The translations under genes were made by a program, and so were the position numbers. 64,000 bases of DNA from contig JABBBT010000015.1 in NCBI GenBank assembly GCA_018607365.1, positions 15,733-79,732 on the forward strand, read 5' to 3'. This stretch comes from SAR86 cluster bacterium (GTDB lineage: Bacteria; Pseudomonadota; Gammaproteobacteria; Magnimaribacterales; D2472). The notes under the pieces were generated by a model. The model did no database searches and was not told the origin of the DNA. It was given only the letters and a program-made list of their open reading frames with translations. Shown piece after piece: positions 9,252 to 18,142 of this stretch (position 1 is its first letter; every line of letters starts with the position of its first letter).

Positions 9252-10244
9252 TTACAGTTTTAAATCAACACTACTAACTACATTTCCATCTATATTCTTA
9301 ATACTCATTTGAAGTGTTTTTAATTTACTATCAAAAACTAGCAGGCCATAATTTTCTTTATTAAAGACTTTTCCAACCATAAGAGCATCAGTTTCATCTG
9401 CTCTCATCATAACGTTAGCCTTGATAGGCCTATTCATTGATGAGGACGTTACTTCAAATAAATTATTGTCATTGTATATAGCTGCTTTATGCCTATCTCC
9501 AGAGATAATTATAGTTCTAGCATTAATATTTTTAATATTAGCTATGAGTCTTTTCATCTCATTTGGAAAGAGTGACCATTTTTCGTATCCATGTTCTGTA
9601 GGCAACACTTGTATAGAGGATATTAAAATCACAACATCGGCTTTAATTTTGAGAGTTTTCTCTAGCCACACCCATTGATCATTTCCAAGAATAGTTGCTT
9701 CTTCAGTTTTATTAATTCCAAAGAGAGGATAGTTACCCTTAAGCTTTATTAAATCTGATCTAAAAAATCTTGTATCCAATGCCACTAAATGAACTCTTAA
9801 ACCCTCAACATTTATTAGTTTATTGAAGTAAGTGCCATCTCTTTTATATCTATCATCAGCTAAAGGGATATTCCAAAAATTTAAAAATATTTTTTCTGAT
9901 TCAAATTTATTGCTATAAGACCCACCGCCATCATTAATTCCATAGTCGTGGTCATCCCAAACAGCCTCAATTTCTATATTATTTAGCCAATCCGGAATCA
10001 TTGTCTTTTGTTTGTTATATGCGGACTGCATATTTTTTAAATCCCCAGAAGGTATATCCCCATATACATTATCACCAAGAAATATGAATGAATTAATAGA
10101 TTCTTTTTTAATGGAATCCCATATAGGTTGTGGCGCATCCTGATCTAAACATGACCCAAACCCAATGATATATTTTTCAGCGTTAGCAGTATTAGCAATA
10201 AATATAATTATTAAAAATTGGTACAGTCGAGTATATAATTTCAT
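9252..10244 (-). CDS. Secreted PhoD-like metallophosphatase (short form)
   Basis: Sec-type signal (FIANTANA). Motifs GFGSC, FLGDNVYGD and WDDHDYGINDGG. Start moved to the internal ATG that yields the signal peptide; the ORF opens at 10289. Confidence 0.7.
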   Translation of the reverse strand: MKLYTRLYQFLIIIFIANTANAEKYIIGFGSCLDQDAPQPIWDSIKKESINSFIFLGDNVYGDIPSGDLKNMQSAYNKQKTMIPDWLNNIEIEAVWDDHDYGINDGGGSYSNKFESEKIFLNFWNIPLADDRYKRDGTYFNKLINVEGLRVHLVALDTRFFRSDLIKLKGNYPLFGINKTEEATILGNDQWVWLEKTLKIKADVVILISSIQVLPTEHGYEKWSLFPNEMKRLIANIKNINARTIIISGDRHKAAIYNDNNLFEVTSSSMNRPIKANVMMRADETDALMVGKVFNKENYGLLVFDSKLKTLQMSIKNIDGNVVSSVDLKL

Positions 10245-10266
10245 TTGACTATTATAACTTTTGTTC

Positions 10267-11013
10267 ATGAGACTAATACTTAAAAACATTTATTTTTTAT
10301 CACTTTTTCTTTTTTTGGTATCTTGTAATAACAAAGAGGACGATTCGATTTCTTTAAATAGCCTTATTGTTCCTGAATATACATACACACAAGATTTTTT
10401 TTATTGCGATCTTGATGAGTCTTCATCACTAATTAATCTTGAATCTTTTCTTTCATCACTTGTTGCTAAATATCAAAAGGAGCTATCAATATTTAATAAT
10501 ATAGATATTTTATTTCCAGAAGCGCAGCAAGAAGTCAGTAGATTTGTTTTCTCAATTCGTTCAAGTAATAATCTTGATGCCCTTAAGCGTTTCATAGAGA
10601 TATTAGAAACAGAGGGTTTAAGTAGTATTTCTACTTGTATATTTTTAACTGACCAATCAAGCGGTTTGGATATGAATAATTCCATCAAATCAAATACTAG
10701 TGATTTTATAAACGTTGAAATACTGAGGTGTAAATATAATGCTGATTATAACTATGGGACTTTTAGAATAGCCACTGACAGGTTTATAAGTTCAGTAGGG
10801 AGATTAAAAATGCCTTATAGCTTTTCATATATAAATTCATCGCAAGCAGATACAGATTTTTTATGGATTAATTCATTTCCTATAAATGATTACAAAGAGT
10901 TTTTAGAAAAAAACTGGATCAAGGATGAGGAATCAAAAGCTATTAAAGATGAGTTTAATGAAAATGCAACCTGTCTCGATTCGAAGAAGTATAAGTCTTA
11001 TAGCTTAATTTAA
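10267..11013 (+). CDS. Lipoprotein of unknown function (paralogue of 11165..11890)
   Basis: Lipobox LFLVSC. Internally duplicated ~100-aa module with C...DF(L/V)W...TC landmarks shared with the convergent neighbour. The ATG at 10267 is preferred over the TTG at 10261. Confidence 0.7.
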   Translation: MRLILKNIYFLSLFLFLVSCNNKEDDSISLNSLIVPEYTYTQDFFYCDLDESSSLINLESFLSSLVAKYQKELSIFNNIDILFPEAQQEVSRFVFSIRSSNNLDALKRFIEILETEGLSSISTCIFLTDQSSGLDMNNSIKSNTSDFINVEILRCKYNADYNYGTFRIATDRFISSVGRLKMPYSFSYINSSQADTDFLWINSFPINDYKEFLEKNWIKDEESKAIKDEFNENATCLDSKKYKSYSLI

Positions 11014-11040
11014 ATATTAGATTTAATAAGTTCTAAAAAA

Positions 11041-11062
11041 GGAAGCATTTAGCTTCCTTTTT
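11041..11062 (+). terminator. Rho-independent terminator (hairpin GGAAGC-ATTTA-GCTTCC plus T-run), flanked by an A-run
   Basis: Perfect 6-bp stem followed by TTTTT, 28 nt after the stop of 10267..11013. Confidence 0.65.
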
Positions 11063-11085
11063 ATTTATAATGATTTTTCTAAATA

Positions 11086-11160
11086 GCGGGTATCGTATAA
11101 TGGCTATTATAAGAGGTTTCCAACCTTTTGATGAGAGTTCGATCCTCTCTACCCGCTCCA
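11086..11160 (+). tRNA. tRNA-Gly (anticodon UCC), CCA encoded
   Basis: Acceptor stem GCGGGTA/TACCCGC. Anticodon stem AGAGG/CCTTT with loop TT-TCC-AA. T-arm GAGAGTTCGATCCTCTC. 3' TCCA. A TATAAT lies at 11066-11071 upstream. Confidence 0.9.
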
Positions 11161-11164
11161 TTAA

Positions 11165-11890
11165 TTATCTTATTACAACACCACTAAAATCTGCTGTATT
11201 GCATGTAAAACTATCAACATACATATTTGCATATTCAGAATCCATAAACTTTCCAAGTGCAGAATCTTTATCACTCTGATCTGCCCATAAGTCTAACCAA
11301 ACAAAGTCAGATTTAGGGTCTGCATCAAACATAGGGTTTAAGAGGACATTCCAATATGTATCACTCCAAATAGTTGAATCAACAGCATTTTTAAACTCTT
11401 TAAGACTAGTCGAGTCACTACCATCATTAAAATTACAAAAATGAAATCTATTTAAAAAAGACCCTGAGTTATTTTCAACTCTAGGCTGAGCAACATCAGT
11501 GACCTCAAATGGGAAAACATTTTCTATACTAAAGCTCATTATTCCATTTATTGACTCTGCCCAGTTGTCTTGAGCTCCGCTAGAATTCCACCAATCCCAT
11601 CCAGCATTTCTTGCTGACATTGAAGGCCATCTCATGACCCATATAAAATCAAAACCATCATTAGATTGACTGGGAGTGAGTATATTCGCACCCAGCATGT
11701 CCATTCCCGATTCTGTGATAACAACATTCCATTCATTAATTAATTTCGCTAAATTTTCTGCATTAAAATCTGGACCTGCGTTATGCCAAACATATTCAAC
11801 TATAGGTTTTTCTTGTTGTCCTTGTGTATCTGACTGAGAGCAAGAAATTATAAATATTGAGGTAAGTGCTAAGAGTGTTATTTTTTTCAT
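11165..11890 (-). CDS. Lipoprotein of unknown function (paralogue of 10267..11013)
   Basis: Lipobox IFIISC. Two-module architecture. The second module (FCNFN...DFVWLDLW...FTC) aligns with RCKYN...DFLWINSF...ATC of the neighbour. Confidence 0.7.
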   Translation of the reverse strand: MKKITLLALTSIFIISCSQSDTQGQQEKPIVEYVWHNAGPDFNAENLAKLINEWNVVITESGMDMLGANILTPSQSNDGFDFIWVMRWPSMSARNAGWDWWNSSGAQDNWAESINGIMSFSIENVFPFEVTDVAQPRVENNSGSFLNRFHFCNFNDGSDSTSLKEFKNAVDSTIWSDTYWNVLLNPMFDADPKSDFVWLDLWADQSDKDSALGKFMDSEYANMYVDSFTCNTADFSGVVIR

Positions 11891-11952
11891 GATTTATTTT
11901 TTATTAATGGTTAATCTTCATTAATCTATTTATAACACAAATGAATTAAAAA

Positions 11953-11984
11953 TAAAAAAAAGCAGACTATTAAGTCTGCTTTTT
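11953..11984 (-). terminator. Rho-independent terminator ending the acyl-CoA ligase-ggt-pilD transcription unit
   Basis: 8-bp stem AGCAGACT-ATTA-AGTCTGCT flanked by A8 and T4. On the minus strand the hairpin is followed by a U8 run, 46 nt after the pilD stop. Confidence 0.8.
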
Positions 11985-12029
11985 AGTGACCTAGGGGATA
12001 TGAATTAAGATGGTATTCAAAGGTCTCAT

Positions 12030-12830
12030 TTATAAGACAATAAGATTATCTATTAGTTCACAAAAACTTAAAAATACATACACAAAAAATCCGCAAATAA
12101 GACCTGAGCCTAGTGGAATTTCATCTGATGTCGACTTTTTCTTCAACATTAAATAGATTATTAATGAAGACAGGGATCCAAATAATAATACTAATGGCAG
12201 ATAAAAAGGCCCTATAAGCGTTCCAATACCACCAAATAAAATAAAATCTCCACCTCCTATACCATCTTTCTTTGTAAAAAATTTATAAACAGCATTTACA
12301 AGCCATAGCGAAAGAAATCCAACCATAAAACCATAAAAACTATACAAAGCAGGAGTTATATTAAAATATGAACTTTGTTCTGAAATGAATAAACCAAAGA
12401 ACATATTTGAAATTAGGCTAATAAAAATAAATAAAATATTTAAAGAGAGAGGAAGATAGAAAAATTTGAAATCAAGAATAAGAAGAACGTAAAGTAAAGT
12501 AAAAATAATATAGCTAAATAAAGCTATTTCTGAAAACCCAAAATAATGGAAAATACTTAAACCAACCAATAAATGAATAGCTTCATTCATTAGATAAATA
12601 AATGAAATTTTATGATTGCAAAAAGAACACTTACCATAATTTAAAAGATAACCAATTAAGGGGATAAGATTTTTATTTGATAATGTATGTTTGCACTGCG
12701 GGCAATGAGATCTTGGATAAAATAAATTAATTTCTTTTTTACTAGACTCCATCAAAGGCAATCTATAAATTAATACAGACGAAAAGCTACCTATTGATAA
12801 GAATACAATTGATAATATAAATTCATGCAT
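12030..12830 (-). CDS. pilD: Prepilin peptidase / N-methyltransferase (A24 family; GspO/PilD)
   Basis: Cys-rich N-terminal box CPQCKH...CSFCNH. Multiple TM segments. Catalytic-Asp context GGGDFILFG. Confidence 0.85.
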   Translation of the reverse strand: MHEFILSIVFLSIGSFSSVLIYRLPLMESSKKEINLFYPRSHCPQCKHTLSNKNLIPLIGYLLNYGKCSFCNHKISFIYLMNEAIHLLVGLSIFHYFGFSEIALFSYIIFTLLYVLLILDFKFFYLPLSLNILFIFISLISNMFFGLFISEQSSYFNITPALYSFYGFMVGFLSLWLVNAVYKFFTKKDGIGGGDFILFGGIGTLIGPFYLPLVLLFGSLSSLIIYLMLKKKSTSDEIPLGSGLICGFFVYVFLSFCELIDNLIVL

Positions 12831-12842
12831 TGAATTGCAGAG

Positions 12843-12932
12843 TTATTTTTTTCTAGTTATATAAAAACAAAAAAATAATAATAGAATTGCTGGAATAGCA
12901 TAGGCACCTATAACAAGTAATTTATCAATCAT
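12843..12932 (-). CDS. Candidate 29-aa single-TM peptide (MIDKLLVIGAYAIPAILLLFFCFYITRKK)
   Basis: Its ATG overlaps the ggt stop as ATGA (12929-12932). Hydrophobic core with a basic C-terminus. It ends 12 nt before the pilD start. Below the ORF-track size cutoff. Confidence 0.4.
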   Translation of the reverse strand: MIDKLLVIGAYAIPAILLLFFCFYITRKK

Positions 12933-14671
12933 TTAATATCTCCTGAGGCATAACTATCCGGTCTTCTAAAATCACCATATCCATAGTAAGACCCATTTTT
13001 TTTCATAATTAATTGTAAATTAGTTTGAGGTTCAATTATTTTTATATTGTAACCCGCATCCAGCAACCAATTTTTAGAATTCTCTTCAATATTAAATTCT
13101 ATTTGAAGTAGGTCGGGTTGCCATTGATGATGGACTCTTCTTACTTTAATTGCATCTTCCACATTCATGTCAAAATCTACCATATTTAAAATTGATTGAA
13201 GAACTGCTGAAATAATTTTTGCGCCACCTGGTGATCCAGTTGTAAAGTAAAAATCACCATCTTTAAAACCTATTGTTGGAGTCATTGAGCTTAAAGGTCT
13301 TTTATTTGGAATAATCTCATTTGCTTTTGCTCCAAGGAGTCCATATTGGTTTGGAACTCCTGGAGATACTGAGAAGTCATCCATCTCATTATTCATCAAG
13401 ATCCCAGTTCCCCTGATAACAACTCCCGATCCAAAACTTGAATTTAATGTATAAGTTGATGAGACAATATTCCCACTACTATCTACAACTGAGAAATGTG
13501 TGGTTTCATTACTTTCTTTATCTAAGTAGTTGCCTGGTTTGATTTTAGTTGATGGCATAACTTTGCCAATTTCTATTTTATTAAAGATATTATTAGCATA
13601 GGCTTTGCTTGAAAGATTTTTTATCGGAACGTTGAAATAGTCAGGGTCACCTAGATATTTTGATCTATCTGCATATGCATACTTCATAACTTCACCTAGA
13701 ACATTAATATATTCTTTTGAGTTATGACCTAAAGAATTTAGATCAAAGTTTTCAAGAATGTTGAGCATTTGTATTATATGAACTCCGCCGGAGGATGGAG
13801 GAGGCATTGTCACAATTTTTGTATTTCTATACTTAGATACTAAAGGGTCCCTCCATTTAGGTTCATATTCCTCTAGGTCTTTGATGGAGATTATTCCACC
13901 ATTCTTACTCATGTCATCTGCAATTTTTTTAGCAACAGATCCTTTATAAAAACCGTCACGTCCGTTATCTGCAATAACAGATAGAGTTTTAGCTAAATCA
14001 ACCTGAACAAATAACTCACCATTAAATATTGGATACTGTTTTTGAAATATATTTTTTGTTTCCTCAAAAACAGAAAGTTTTGCATTATATTTAATTAGCA
14101 TATCTGACATATAGGGCGAAATTTTAAAACCATCTGATGCTAATTTTATTGCAGGCCTTAATAACTTCTCCCACTCCATTGATCCAAATTTTTGATGAAC
14201 AGCCCACATGCCTGCAACTGTTCCAGGAACTCCGCTTGATAAATATCCTAAAGTTGATTTATTTGGAATCACGGTACCATTTTCATCTAAATACATGTCT
14301 GTGGTTGATAGTAACGGCGCTTTTTCTCTGTAATCAATTGCATAATTCTTTTTTGATTTAATGTCATGAAGGACCATAAACCCGCCGCCGCCTATATTTC
14401 CAGCCCTTGGAAGTACTACTGCTAAAGTGAAGCTTATAGCAATAGCAGCGTCATATGCATTACCACCCTGATTTAAAATATCCTCACCCACTTTTGTTGC
14501 AAGATAGTGTTGAGTAGTTACCATTCCATTGGAACCAAACGCAATCATTTTTTGTTCTGGGATGTATTTAGCAGGATTTACTGTGCCTATTGCAGTAAAT
14601 GATTGAGTTGATAAAGTTGAGCAGAATACTGTTGCTAGAATAATAGAATATATTTTATTTAAATTTATCAT
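12929..14671 (-). CDS. ggt: Gamma-glutamyltranspeptidase, periplasmic
   Basis: Signal peptide. Autoprocessing/nucleophile motif NETTHFSVVD. Also GGGGFM and GSPGGAKII motifs. Confidence 0.9.
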   Translation of the reverse strand: MINLNKIYSIILATVFCSTLSTQSFTAIGTVNPAKYIPEQKMIAFGSNGMVTTQHYLATKVGEDILNQGGNAYDAAIAISFTLAVVLPRAGNIGGGGFMVLHDIKSKKNYAIDYREKAPLLSTTDMYLDENGTVIPNKSTLGYLSSGVPGTVAGMWAVHQKFGSMEWEKLLRPAIKLASDGFKISPYMSDMLIKYNAKLSVFEETKNIFQKQYPIFNGELFVQVDLAKTLSVIADNGRDGFYKGSVAKKIADDMSKNGGIISIKDLEEYEPKWRDPLVSKYRNTKIVTMPPPSSGGVHIIQMLNILENFDLNSLGHNSKEYINVLGEVMKYAYADRSKYLGDPDYFNVPIKNLSSKAYANNIFNKIEIGKVMPSTKIKPGNYLDKESNETTHFSVVDSSGNIVSSTYTLNSSFGSGVVIRGTGILMNNEMDDFSVSPGVPNQYGLLGAKANEIIPNKRPLSSMTPTIGFKDGDFYFTTGSPGGAKIISAVLQSILNMVDFDMNVEDAIKVRRVHHQWQPDLLQIEFNIEENSKNWLLDAGYNIKIIEPQTNLQLIMKKNGSYYGYGDFRRPDSYASGDIK

Positions 14672-14674
14672 GTT

Positions 14675-16312
14675 TTAACTCTTTGCTATTTCTAGGGCCC
14701 ATTTATAATCTGCTTTACCGTTAGGAGCTCTTTTTACCTCATCAACAAACTTTATCATTTTTGGGAGCTTATACCCTGATAAATGATTCCTAGTATTTTT
14801 TATTAATTCATCAAAAAGTATTTCTTTATTTTTTTCAAATGACGCAACAGCGACAACCTTCTGACCAAACCTTTCATCATCTATGCCTACCACCAAGCAA
14901 TCATATATATTCGAATCAAGCTTTATTGCTTCTTCAACCTCTTCTGGGTAAATCTTTTCACCTGCAGAGTTTATACAATTGCTACCTCTTCCAAGAAGAG
15001 TGATGCTACCATCAGATTCGACCATGGCATAGTCTCCAGGAAAGCTGTACCTGATTCCATCAAAATCTTTAAATGTTGATGCAGATTTTTCTGGATCTTT
15101 GTAATAACCTATGGGAACTAATCCACTTGTTCCAATTTTTCCTCTTATACCTGATCCAGGTTCAACAAGCTTATTTTCATCACTTAAAACTATAACGTTG
15201 CTATTCATTTTAAATTTTGCTGTTTGCGCAGGCTTATCTCTTGAAGACATTGATGAACCCATGCCACCCTCACTCGAGCCCATTGAATCAAATAAATTCA
15301 TATCATGATGTTTAAGAAGACCTTCTTTTACCTTTGCACTCCAAATGACACCACTCGAGATTAGTGTTTGTAAGCTTGAAATGTCATAGGGTTTATTCTG
15401 TTCTTTTGCTTTATCAAGTTCAGCAAGAATTGGTTTTGCAAATGCGTCACCAACAATAACCATTGTTTTTGCTTTTGAGGTTTTTACTTGATTAAGGAGC
15501 AATTCTGCATCAAGTCCAAGACTAGGGACGGTAATGATTGTGCCTCCAAGAACATGAGTAAGAAAACCACCTAAAAACATTCCTGTTCCATGCATTAAAG
15601 GGCAGGCTATAAGGCAGCTATTCAATAAATTATTTTTATCCATTTTTTTTAGTATTGGTTCAAGTTTTAATAGATTGTCTCTATTTCTAACATCAGGAAC
15701 TTCGTACCCTTGTTGTTTTAATGTGCCAAACATAGAAGTTGCAAAACCCCCATGAGTATACATAACACCTTTAGGCATTCCTGTAGTTCCGCCTGTATAA
15801 ATCATATAAGTATTATCTTCACTTCTTATGATTCTTTCCATCTGCTGGTGTTGATTAAGTATGTCGTTATATTTAAAAGCAAATGAGAGATCTTTAATAG
15901 AATCATTACCAACCTGAATCCAGGTTTTAATATTTGGAAGCTCTTTTGCAATTTCCTCAACTTGATCTGCGTAACATGCTTGAAAAAAAACCGCTTCAGC
16001 ATCTGAGTTATCAAGAAGATATATCAACTCTCCAGATTTATATCTATAGTTAACATTTATTGGCACTCCCATAACCTTAAATGTTGCAAACTGTGCTTCG
16101 AGATATTCATTACTATTATGAAGATATAGACCAACTTTTGAGTCTTCTTTAATACCTTGTGAGTTCAAAAAAGATGCTAACTTTGCTGAATCTTGCTCGT
16201 ATTCTTTCCATGTTTTCTTATTTTTACCACAAACTAGTGCTATACGATTAGGAATAATGTCTGAGACATGTTCCCAAATATTTGCAAAATGAAGATCGTG
16301 AGAATTGAGCAT
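14675..16312 (-). CDS. AMP-dependent acyl-CoA synthetase/ligase
   Basis: AMP-binding signature YTGGTTGMPKGVMYTH. Also GDYAMVESDG and a C-terminal KxPNGKADY. Confidence 0.85.
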   Translation of the reverse strand: MLNSHDLHFANIWEHVSDIIPNRIALVCGKNKKTWKEYEQDSAKLASFLNSQGIKEDSKVGLYLHNSNEYLEAQFATFKVMGVPINVNYRYKSGELIYLLDNSDAEAVFFQACYADQVEEIAKELPNIKTWIQVGNDSIKDLSFAFKYNDILNQHQQMERIIRSEDNTYMIYTGGTTGMPKGVMYTHGGFATSMFGTLKQQGYEVPDVRNRDNLLKLEPILKKMDKNNLLNSCLIACPLMHGTGMFLGGFLTHVLGGTIITVPSLGLDAELLLNQVKTSKAKTMVIVGDAFAKPILAELDKAKEQNKPYDISSLQTLISSGVIWSAKVKEGLLKHHDMNLFDSMGSSEGGMGSSMSSRDKPAQTAKFKMNSNVIVLSDENKLVEPGSGIRGKIGTSGLVPIGYYKDPEKSASTFKDFDGIRYSFPGDYAMVESDGSITLLGRGSNCINSAGEKIYPEEVEEAIKLDSNIYDCLVVGIDDERFGQKVVAVASFEKNKEILFDELIKNTRNHLSGYKLPKMIKFVDEVKRAPNGKADYKWALEIAKS

Positions 16313-16404
16313 AATTAAATTTATTTTTTGTTGAATTGAGTGGCTATAATAACTTTTCTAATAGTAAAATAAATAACTTTAAAAAAATATACAATAAAAT
16401 AAAT

Positions 16405-18093
16405 ATGAAAGATATCTATAGTGAAGTTCTTGCAGCACACACCGCTCCTGGTCAGCTTTTTGAAACAAAAGATGTAATAAATGATAAGGGAGTAACTTAT
16501 AAAGAGTATGTTCATTTTCCTGATAGCCTAAGAGGTTTTTTAGATTTTGGACTTCTTCATGGAGATAAAGACTGGCTTGTATATGAAGGCGAAAGATTTA
16601 CATATAAAGAAGTTTTTGAAAAAAGTGCTCAGCTTGGTAATGCATTAATTGATGCAGGAATTGAAAAAGGAGATAGGGTTGCAATTTGTATGCAAAATAA
16701 TCCTGAATATGTTTTTGCTTATCTAGGTATTCTAGGTATTGGCGCTGTTTGTGTTCCATTAAATTCCTGGTGGGTGCCCTCTGAAGTTATATATGGACTT
16801 GAACATTCTGATGCTAAATTATTAATCGCCGATGAAAGACGATTAAAAGGCCTTGAATCATTACCAAAAGTAAAAAAAATTTCAACAACATATGCACCAG
16901 ATGATTCCTTTATATTATTTAATGACTTCATAAATGGTCATGATTCTAGTTTCCCAGAAATAAATATTGAAAGAAATGATAACGCAACTATTTATTACAC
17001 CTCTGGTTCTACAGGTAGACCAAAAGGGGTACTTTCATCACAGAAAGGCGTAATAGCAACTATGTTTAGCTGGGGCTGCTATTCTGCTGTTACTGGAGAG
17101 GTTGCAAAAATGAATGATCCAGATGCCACTCCTGTTGTGGGTCCTGATCTTGCTATTCTTCATTGTGTGCCTCTTTTTCATGTTACTGGGAGCCACGCTG
17201 GGCTATTAATGTCTATATTGGCTGGTAGAAAAATAGTAATGATGAGGAAATGGGATGCTGGCCATGCACTTAAGTTAATAGAAGATGAAAAAATATCAGA
17301 TATAACAGGTGTTCCAACTCAAACCTGGGAATTACTCAACCATCCAGATAGGCTAAATTATGATTTATCAAGCTTAAAAACTCTTGGCGGCGGAGGTGGT
17401 CCAAGGCCAGCAGAGCATGTTAAGTTGCTTGATGAGGAGTTCGAAGGCAGGCCAGGTATTGGCTATGGCTTATCTGAAACCAATGCGTGCGGGACTCTAG
17501 GAAATGGAGATGAATATATTAACAACCCATCATCAGCTGGCAGGGTAGTTCCTCCAGTCACAGAGATAAGAATTATTGATGACGAATGGAATGACGTTGA
17601 GGAAGGCGGCTTGGGTGAAATAGCCATTAAATCTATGGCAAATATGGTTTGTTATTGGAAGAATCCAGAAGCTACTAAGGAATGTATAAATGATGATGGT
17701 TGGTTCAAGACAGGCGACTTGGGAAAATTTGACGGACCATTTTTATATATTATAGACAGAGTTAAAGATATGGTTATAAGAGGGGGTGAAAACATTGCAT
17801 GCCCTGAAGTTGAAGGAGTAATATACGAACACTCAGATATTCTTGAAGCATGTGTATTTGGGATACCTGATGAAAGACTGGGTGAGATTTTATGTGCTTC
17901 AATTGTGTTAAGAGATAATAAAGTCATGACATCTGAAGATCTAAAGTTATTTTTGGCAGATAAATTAGCTGCATTTAAAATACCACTACAAATATATTTT
18001 TCTGATTCTATATTACCGCGACTGGCTTCTGGAAAATTTGATAAGCCTTTGCTTAGAAAAGAATTTTCAAGCAAATTTGAAAAAACTCTTTAA
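16405..18093 (+). CDS. AMP-dependent acyl-CoA synthetase/ligase (long-chain-type)
   Basis: Motifs YYTSGSTGRPKGV, GYGLSETN, TGDLG and GKFDK. The ATG at 16405 is preferred over the TTG at 16336. Divergent from the other ligase gene. Confidence 0.85.
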   Translation: MKDIYSEVLAAHTAPGQLFETKDVINDKGVTYKEYVHFPDSLRGFLDFGLLHGDKDWLVYEGERFTYKEVFEKSAQLGNALIDAGIEKGDRVAICMQNNPEYVFAYLGILGIGAVCVPLNSWWVPSEVIYGLEHSDAKLLIADERRLKGLESLPKVKKISTTYAPDDSFILFNDFINGHDSSFPEINIERNDNATIYYTSGSTGRPKGVLSSQKGVIATMFSWGCYSAVTGEVAKMNDPDATPVVGPDLAILHCVPLFHVTGSHAGLLMSILAGRKIVMMRKWDAGHALKLIEDEKISDITGVPTQTWELLNHPDRLNYDLSSLKTLGGGGGPRPAEHVKLLDEEFEGRPGIGYGLSETNACGTLGNGDEYINNPSSAGRVVPPVTEIRIIDDEWNDVEEGGLGEIAIKSMANMVCYWKNPEATKECINDDGWFKTGDLGKFDGPFLYIIDRVKDMVIRGGENIACPEVEGVIYEHSDILEACVFGIPDERLGEILCASIVLRDNKVMTSEDLKLFLADKLAAFKIPLQIYFSDSILPRLASGKFDKPLLRKEFSSKFEKTL

Positions 18094-18142
18094 ATATTCT
18101 GCAAAAAGAGTATAAATATTGCTGTGATTATTAAATATTACT

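Noticed and set aside
10245-10270. Possible Pho half-site TGTTCAT between the PhoD-like gene and the divergent lipoprotein gene
   Set aside because: It is a single 7-mer with one mismatch and no second repeat at 11-bp spacing, which is indistinguishable from background.
11014-11164. tRNA-Gly as the boundary of an integrated genomic island
   Set aside because: There is no integrase, recombinase or phage gene on either side. I could not find a direct repeat of the tRNA 3' end by eye. The flanking genes share the composition of the rest of the window.
11070-11279. 69-aa plus-strand ORF
   Set aside because: It is a translation through the tRNA-Gly gene and into the antisense of the neighbouring lipoprotein gene.
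16336-16404. N-terminal extensions implied by the ORF track (also at 10245-10289, 10261, 36742, 36953, 44039, 44832, 54002, 57625-57666, 27689)
   Set aside because: The extensions begin at non-ATG codons or overlap the neighbouring gene. They add residues that disrupt otherwise canonical N-termini (signal peptides, P-loops). Internal ATG starts were used instead, and the exact starts remain unverified.
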